Positions 56,366 to 64,000 of a DNA stretch of 64,000 nucleotides are shown here, one piece after another. Source of the DNA: Eledone cirrhosa (Eukaryota); assembly GCA_964016885.1 (NCBI GenBank), contig OZ024746.1:85064001-85128000 (forward strand), written 5' to 3'. The notes below the pieces were generated by a model, which was not told the origin of the DNA, made no database searches, and saw nothing but the letters and a program-made list of their open reading frames with translations. How positions within the stretch are numbered: position 1 is the stretch's first letter; each line of letters starts with the position of its first letter. The translations under genes and the position numbers were made by a program.

Positions 56366-56568
56366 TATATACATTTCTATTTCACTGCATGTATGTATGT
56401 GTATATAACGCATATATTTTAAGACGTGAATATATATTATATATGCGAAACTATATTTATATCTCTAAATATATAAATGGAAGCATGTTTGTGTGTGCGC
56501 GCGCGCGTGATTCCCGTTCCTTTTCATTATATATATATGTATGTGTGTGTGTGTGTTTGTGTGTATAT

Positions 56569-56599
<31 letters not shown>

Positions 56600-56625
56600 C
56601 ATATATATATAAAAATATATATATG

Positions 56626-56695
<70 letters not shown>

Positions 56696-56724
56696 AATAT
56701 ATATATACACACACATATATATAA

Positions 56725-56833
<109 letters not shown>

Positions 56834-56834
56834 C

Positions 56835-56881
<47 letters not shown>

Positions 56882-56897
56882 CATATATATATATATG

Positions 56898-56977
<80 letters not shown>

Positions 56978-57317
56978 CATATATACACATACATATATAC
57001 ACATACATATATCTATATATACACACACACACACACATACATATATATATATATGTCTTATACATACAAATATATATACATACCGATATGTATTTTTGTG
57101 TCTGCGTGTTTGCATGCGTACGTGCGCTTGTGACTGCAACTGATGTATGCATCTATTTATTATTATATGTATAGATAGATTTGCTAAGTGTTCTTGGCAA
57201 AGTATTTCTGGAAAGGAGCAGGGAGTAGAAAATAAGTAATAAATGTCTATGGAAATTAATGATTGAAATTGTATCTATTGATCTATAGATCTAACTATGT
57301 ATTCAGGCAGTTGTTAC

Positions 57318-57376
<59 letters not shown>

Positions 57377-57872
57377 TCTTGTACAAATCAACGCATATTC
57401 TCATACTTCCTACACAGACACTTATATAACGTTACATATACATACATATTTTACATAAATACACACTCAAACACATACACTCATATATGTATGTATGTAT
57501 GTATGTATGTGTATGTATGTATGTGAATGTATGTATGCATGTATGCATGTATGTAATTATGTACGTATGTGTGTATGTTTGTATGTATGTTGGCATGTAT
57601 GCATGCATGTACGTATGTATGTTTGTATGTATGTATGTATGAATGTGTGTATGTATGCATGTAAGAATGTATGTATGAATGAATGAATGTATGTATGTAT
57701 GTATTTATGTATGCATGGATGTATGTGTATGCATACATATACAGTTACGCATACAATCACACTTATAAAATCCCTTAAATCGATATCCGAAAATATCGTT
57801 GTTTCACAGCGTGTTTAACACACATGCATACACATATTTAATTCTACTTATGTCTATATATATATATATATA

Positions 57873-58033
<161 letters not shown>

Positions 58034-58314
58034 ATATACATATATATACATACATATGTCTGTGTATATAAATATAAACATCAACATGCACTAACTAGAA
58101 AACACTTATAATATCTCGTATGTATACTGAATTCTGTTCATATATATATATACATATATATACATATATATATATGTATATATATATGTGTGTGTGTGTG
58201 TGCGTGTGTGTGTGTGTATATACACACACACACACACACATATAAATATATATATGTATTTGTGTATGTATGTACATATAGATATATGTACGTACGCATG
58301 TGTATATATATAAG

Positions 58315-58347
<33 letters not shown>

Positions 58348-58351
58348 GTAA

Positions 58352-58418
<67 letters not shown>

Positions 58419-59030
58419 CACGTGTGACCTGACAACGTCTCTTTCGCACACAAGCACACAAGAACACAAGCACACAAGCACACAAGCATACAAATATAGT
58501 ACACACTACACACATACACACGTACACTTATATACTCTCTAACAATTACATAGTTACTTACAATACTTATCAAAAGTTTGAACAAAAGAATGCATAAAGG
58601 AACCAACCGGGATTTCGATCTTATGGTGAAGATTTGATTGCGGTTGGCGGACAGTTAGGAGGCAAGATGATTGGAGGGATGAAGTTAGGTGGGGTGGAAA
58701 AACCAATCAATTAATGATCAATTTTTATATTAGGCCTAAAAGGCCAACTTATAAGAGATAATTAAAACACAACAGAAATGGAAATGAATGAAGAGAAGTG
58801 AAAGGTTGCCGATATTTATATATATTTATATATATATATATATATTTATATATATTTATATATATTTATATATATTTATATATATTTATATATATATTTA
58901 TATATAATTATATATATTTATATATATATAAATATATATATATATTTATATATATAAATATATATATATATTTATATATATAAATATATATATATATTTA
59001 TATATATTTATATATATATTTATATATATT

Positions 59031-59161
<131 letters not shown>

Positions 59162-59198
59162 TTATATATATTTATATATATATATATATATTTATATA

Positions 59199-59302
<104 letters not shown>

Positions 59303-59359
59303 CATATCTACATATATACATATATATACATACATATATACATACATATATACATACAT

Positions 59360-59426
<67 letters not shown>

Positions 59427-59604
59427 TATTCCTAAGTAATAGCAAAACAAGAAGCTAAATGACTGTTGGCTGTTTCATTTAACAGCAGAAGATTGACTGC
59501 AAAAATCATTTATTGTGATGATTATGGCGGAAAGGATGGTGACGGCGGCGGCGGTGGCGGTGGCGGTGGCGACAGCAATGTCGTCGACGACGTCCATGAC
59601 AGCC

Positions 59605-59682
59605 ACGAAGACGAAGAAGAAGAAGAAGAAGAAGAAGAAGAAGAAGAAGAAGAAGAAGAAGAAGAAGAAGAAGAAGAAGAAG

Positions 59683-59737
<55 letters not shown>

Positions 59738-59858
59738 AGGAGGAGGAGGAGGGGGGGGGGGAGAAGAAGAAGAAGAAGAAGAAGAAGAAGAAGAAGAAGA
59801 GCAACAACAACAAAAAGAAGAAGAAGAAGAAGAAGAAGAAGAAGAAGAAGGAGGAGGA

Positions 59859-59893
<35 letters not shown>

Positions 59894-59913
59894 AGAAGAA
59901 GAAGAAGAAGAAG

Positions 59914-59960
<47 letters not shown>
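59605..59960. repeat. (GAA)n/(CAA)n/(GAG)n compound array
   Basis: Direct reading. Confidence 0.98.
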
Positions 59961-60215
59961 GACGACGGCAGTATGTTTAATGTGGATGGTGGTAGCAGTA
60001 GCGACAAAGAAGTATGCCATAAAGATGGTGTTAGTAAGGCAGGTGGGGATGAGGGTGAAAAACCACAATAATACACAAACACAAAAAACTAGAATGGAGG
60101 GTTGGGTTCCACTAGAACCGAAGCAATTAACATTTCTATCTCATATTCTTTCTTTAGTTCAGCTTCTTCTTCTTGTTCTTTTTGCTGTTTACGTATGTGT
60201 AATAATATTATTTAT

Positions 60216-60560
60216 AATAATTATTTCTACTTTTGGCACAAGGTCAGTAATTACCCCCAGTGCATTACTGGTACTTTATTTTATCGACCCCGTAAAGATG
60301 AAAGGCAAAGTCAACCTCGGCGGGATTTGAACTCAGATCATAAAGGGAGGTAACTCTATGCTTCAAAGCAAGGCGTCCGACTCCCTACCGATACTGCCAA
60401 TCCACCGCCCTTGAACAATATAATAATTGTTTCTACTTTTGGCACAAGGCCAGCAATTATCCCAGTGCATTACTGGTACTTTATTTTATCGACCCCGTAA
60501 GGATCAAAGGCAAAGTCAACCTCGGCGGGATTTGAGCTCAGATCGTAAAGGGACGTAACA
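60216..60560 (-). mobile_element. Two tandem SINE S1 copies
   Basis: One full length (5' gggcggtggattggcagtatcgg), one truncated. Confidence 0.9.
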
Positions 60561-60717
60561 ATATAACAATATAATAATGTTATTTAGTAATAATATAAGA
60601 CTGTCTAACGAGTGACTTAAGAGTAAAGAGGAAGACCCCAAAAAATGAAGATTGAAAAATTGTTTCACTCCTTGATTTAAGTCATTAACATGTTTATGTA
60701 TATACGCTCCTAATAAT

Positions 60718-60906
60718 TGTTTCTACTTTTGGCACAAGGCCAGCAATTATCCCAGTACATTACTGGTACTTTATTTTATTGACCTCGTAAGGATGAAAGG
60801 CAAAGTTAACCTCGGCAGGATTTGAACTCAGGCCGTAAAGGGGCATAACTCTATGCTACAAAGCATGGCGTCCGACCCTTCTATCGATACTGCTAATCCA
60901 GCGCCC
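60718..60906 (-). mobile_element. Full-length SINE S1 with target-site duplication
   Basis: tttatgta(ta)tacgctcctaataat at 60693-60717 and 60907-60929. Confidence 0.92.
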
Positions 60907-61124
60907 TTTATGTATACGCTCCTAATAATGATTTCTTATAAAGGCACAAAGCAGATATTTTAGGAGTAGGAAACTATCAGTTTAACCTGTATTTTATTAC
61001 ATGGAGCTTGGAAAGATGCAGCAAACTTGCTTCTGTGAGATTTGAACTCAGAATTTAAATTTAAATTCGTAATAATAATTGTTTCAAATTTAGTTACAAG
61101 GCAGGCAATTTTTGAGGAGAAGAA

Positions 61125-61260
61125 ATTTCATTGACATGGCTTGCATCGATCCGAGGGTCTGGTAAATGACTCTTACATAAGATGCTATGTAGTGGGATTG
61201 AACTGATAACCTCATGTTTTTGAAGGGAACACCTTAACCATTCGGCCATGCTGCGTCTAC
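61125..61260 (-). mobile_element. tRNA-derived SINE (OR-like), degenerate
   Basis: tggccgaatggttaagg A box, agttcaatccc B box. Confidence 0.65.
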
Positions 61261-61799
61261 AGTTATAACAAGTTACAACAATTACCAATGAGATAATGGA
61301 CATATTTCTTAACTATCTTATAATGTTGTTTTTATGCAACAGCTAAATCTGTTTAATTCCTTGACTTTCCATAGTTTTTTTAGTTTGTCAGCTTACTTTT
61401 GCACAAAACTATAATCATTTGCTATTGCTATGCCGATTCTTCTATTAAAAGATTTCTTTTAACAGTTGATTTTGTTAGGGATATTTGATTTTCGGCCATT
61501 TTCATATTTCTATATTTATTGTTGTCTTTATTTAAAATATTAGTGTTTTGAAAGATGTAGTTTGCCTACTTCTTCTTATTATTATTATTATTATTATTAA
61601 GGTATCCTCAGTCGATATCTATATCATCGATCAACCACAATTAATTACGTAACTAAATACTTGATAAAACCTACCGAACGTAGTACCAACAGTGATATGG
61701 AAGTACAAGTGAAGGTACGAATTTGTATATTATTTGTATTTATGATGGTAGCTAATTTCATCTAATCTAATGTGGCCGAGTTTACACTCGCAAATAAAA

Positions 61800-62245
61800 A
61801 GAACCAGGGCCGCCCCAAGGAGCATTAGATTTGGTGTACTTCATATTTGTTTCGGTTGCTGAATACAATCAGGGGTTGCTGCTTCTCCTGAAGGTCAATA
61901 GTTATCTTCTAACTCGAGCAGGAGCGCCTTTCCATTGTCAATTTGCATTGATCATCTGCAAAGCTGTAATGCTGTCAGAACCACTACACCAGTCTTTCGA
62001 TACATGCAGCTAGAACTACTGCCAGCCATTGATTTGGCAGGAATTTTTATTTTTTTGATGGACGTTGACTTTTGAGAGTTCTTCCGGCCTTTGTCAGGTT
62101 TTGTTTTTTCTCCTGTAGGGTGTCCCAAATCCCCCTCCTCACCAAGTAAACGTGGTGGGGTTGCCGGTTTAGTTGCCGACGACCCGACCATGCGACAGGT
62201 TGTACTAGGTTACATGCTACCAGTACATGCACTCGAGAGTTACCT
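61800..62245 (-). mobile_element. Possible LINE 5' UTR remnant
   Basis: GC-rich minus ggtcgggtcgtcggcaactaaaccggcaacccc...ggtgaggaggggg resembles RTE-type leaders; recalled resemblance only. Confidence 0.3.
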
Positions 62246-62512
62246 GACATAATTTCAGTATATAGTAAATATACATCAATCACTCGATATAAGCGATAAC
62301 TATATCTGTAATGATACCGTACAAAGTTACCCGGGACTGTGTGAACGTCCATATATCTTCACAGATTGTGTATATAGACAATTTATATCATCAAATTGTT
62401 TCCCTGAGGATTGAAATGCAATAGGGTGGCACTGAATAATGGGAAGAGTAAATTTGTTCCAAAATTTAACATGGACAAATTAAATAAATAAATATACGAA
62501 TAAATAAATATA

Positions 62513-62543
<31 letters not shown>

Positions 62544-63169
62544 ATGAAACCCTCCACGACTTAGATAAAGACTTTAAATAAGGAAAGGGAAAAGGGGAAA
62601 AGGGCAGGAACACTTATTATTGAAAAATATTTTTCAACTTTCTTTTTTACTCTATCCAACTCCTATTTGCTCAAAACCAACTTTTGCCCCCTACAGAAAT
62701 AAATTTGTTTCAGAGTCATATATGGAGGGAAGCAATGTCGTTGCATTCAACGAGAACCGCTAAAATATTAGAAAAATGATAAACTCCTCAAGAGATTGGA
62801 ACGACTTGAATAATAATCTAAGATTAATCAAGAAAATAGTTAAAAGAAATTATAAGAACATGTATACAGAATCATATACGCAAAAAACAAGTGTCTGTAT
62901 GATCTTGCCACAACAAACCCAAGATTGCACAAACTTAGTGGATTTCTAGAGAAAGAGTTATGACAGTGATATTCGAACAATTTAAAGTTTTACTCCTTTA
63001 TATCCAAAGTAAATGGAAAGCTGATGGCGCAAGAAGAATGGATGACATATTAAACAATCACAGAACTAAACAAATGGTACTTAAAATTCCTCGAGGATGA
63101 ATATTGTCTTAACAATTTATACAATTTATTTATATAATTACACACACGCACACGCACACATATATATAA

Positions 63170-63212
<43 letters not shown>

Positions 63213-63230
63213 AATACACACATACACACA

Positions 63231-63307
<77 letters not shown>

Positions 63308-63785
63308 ATAGTTTAACTTCGGCCAAAGTCTCCATCGGGTATAATACAAACAAAACTAAAAGGGTTTCGCTTGTATATATATATATAGATGTCAAAAGGA
63401 ACATTCTTGTGTAAAAGCAACCAAATCACTGTTTCTCCCCCTTTCTTTTCGCTCTCTCTCTCTTTCTACCCCCCCCCCCTCTCTCTTTCTCTCTCTCTTT
63501 CTGTTTCGATATCATACTTGTTAACTTAGTAACTTAACATAGTAACATCATACCTGCTTTCCTCTTGCTTCTTGAGCAGCACTCCTATAACGGAGTCTTA
63601 TAGTTGATGGTGCTGCACCTTTTGTAAGTAACAGACTACCAGTTAAGAACCACTACCTGGTGAATGGCTGCCTTTAGTGGAGTTCACTATGTTGTAAACA
63701 CCAGGTAAGAGATCGCTCTTCGTAAGTGCAATTACTCTTTCACTTCACCAAGTTGAAAAACATAACGGAAATAAATCCGCCGGAC

Positions 63786-64000
63786 AATTCTTGTTCCTTT
63801 TACCTATTATCTGTGAACCTCATTCTAAATTAGACCCCACAAATTACCCCCTTACCACATTAAAACCCTACATTCTGATCTTCACCGAGACACAAACTTT
63901 CAAATACCTATCTATAGTGAATTTATTCTGTCTATGTTAAATATATTTACTCCAACTTCCCTCCGAAAATGTCGAGTCTGTACATACATATATTCCACAT
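63786..64000 (+). pseudogene. Decayed CR1/Jockey-group LINE AP-endonuclease N-terminus
   Basis: LTTLKPYILIFTETQ...YIYSNFPPK/CRVCTYI resembles KP.IL.LTETQ...G.C.YV. Confidence 0.6.

Noticed and set aside
61190-61255. tRNA gene
   Set aside because: A/B boxes present but cloverleaf incomplete and followed by SINE body

Overview
AT-rich, microsatellite-saturated animal genomic DNA with one 200-N gap (44983-45182). The SINE families resemble octopus (coleoid cephalopod) repeats; this is inference, not a database result. No intact host gene is visible, and nearly all ORFs in the track are translations of simple repeats. Between the repeats lie many tRNA-derived SINEs and decayed LINE fragments (R4/Dong-like, Hero-like, CR1/Jockey-group, RTE, possibly Penelope RT). 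The main unexplained structure is a set of at least six sequence-distinct families of short non-coding inserts inside (TA)n arrays. They carry type I hammerhead ribozyme (HHR) motifs: well-formed at 148-225, 670-747, 2718-2798, 16505-16575(-), 16691-16761 and 54428-54504(-), and degenerate or half motifs elsewhere. Most have an inverted 5' segment ending at an internal TA-like site, giving 100-400 bp palindromes. One insert is a 1.27-mer of a 522-nt HHR unit, typical of retrozymes or Penelope pseudo-LTRs. This suggests (TA)n-targeted, ribozyme-processed Penelope-like/retrozyme elements inserting by twin priming. A candidate 22-nt microexon, a CAGGT motif cluster and a promoter-like CpG-rich island are the only host-gene signals.
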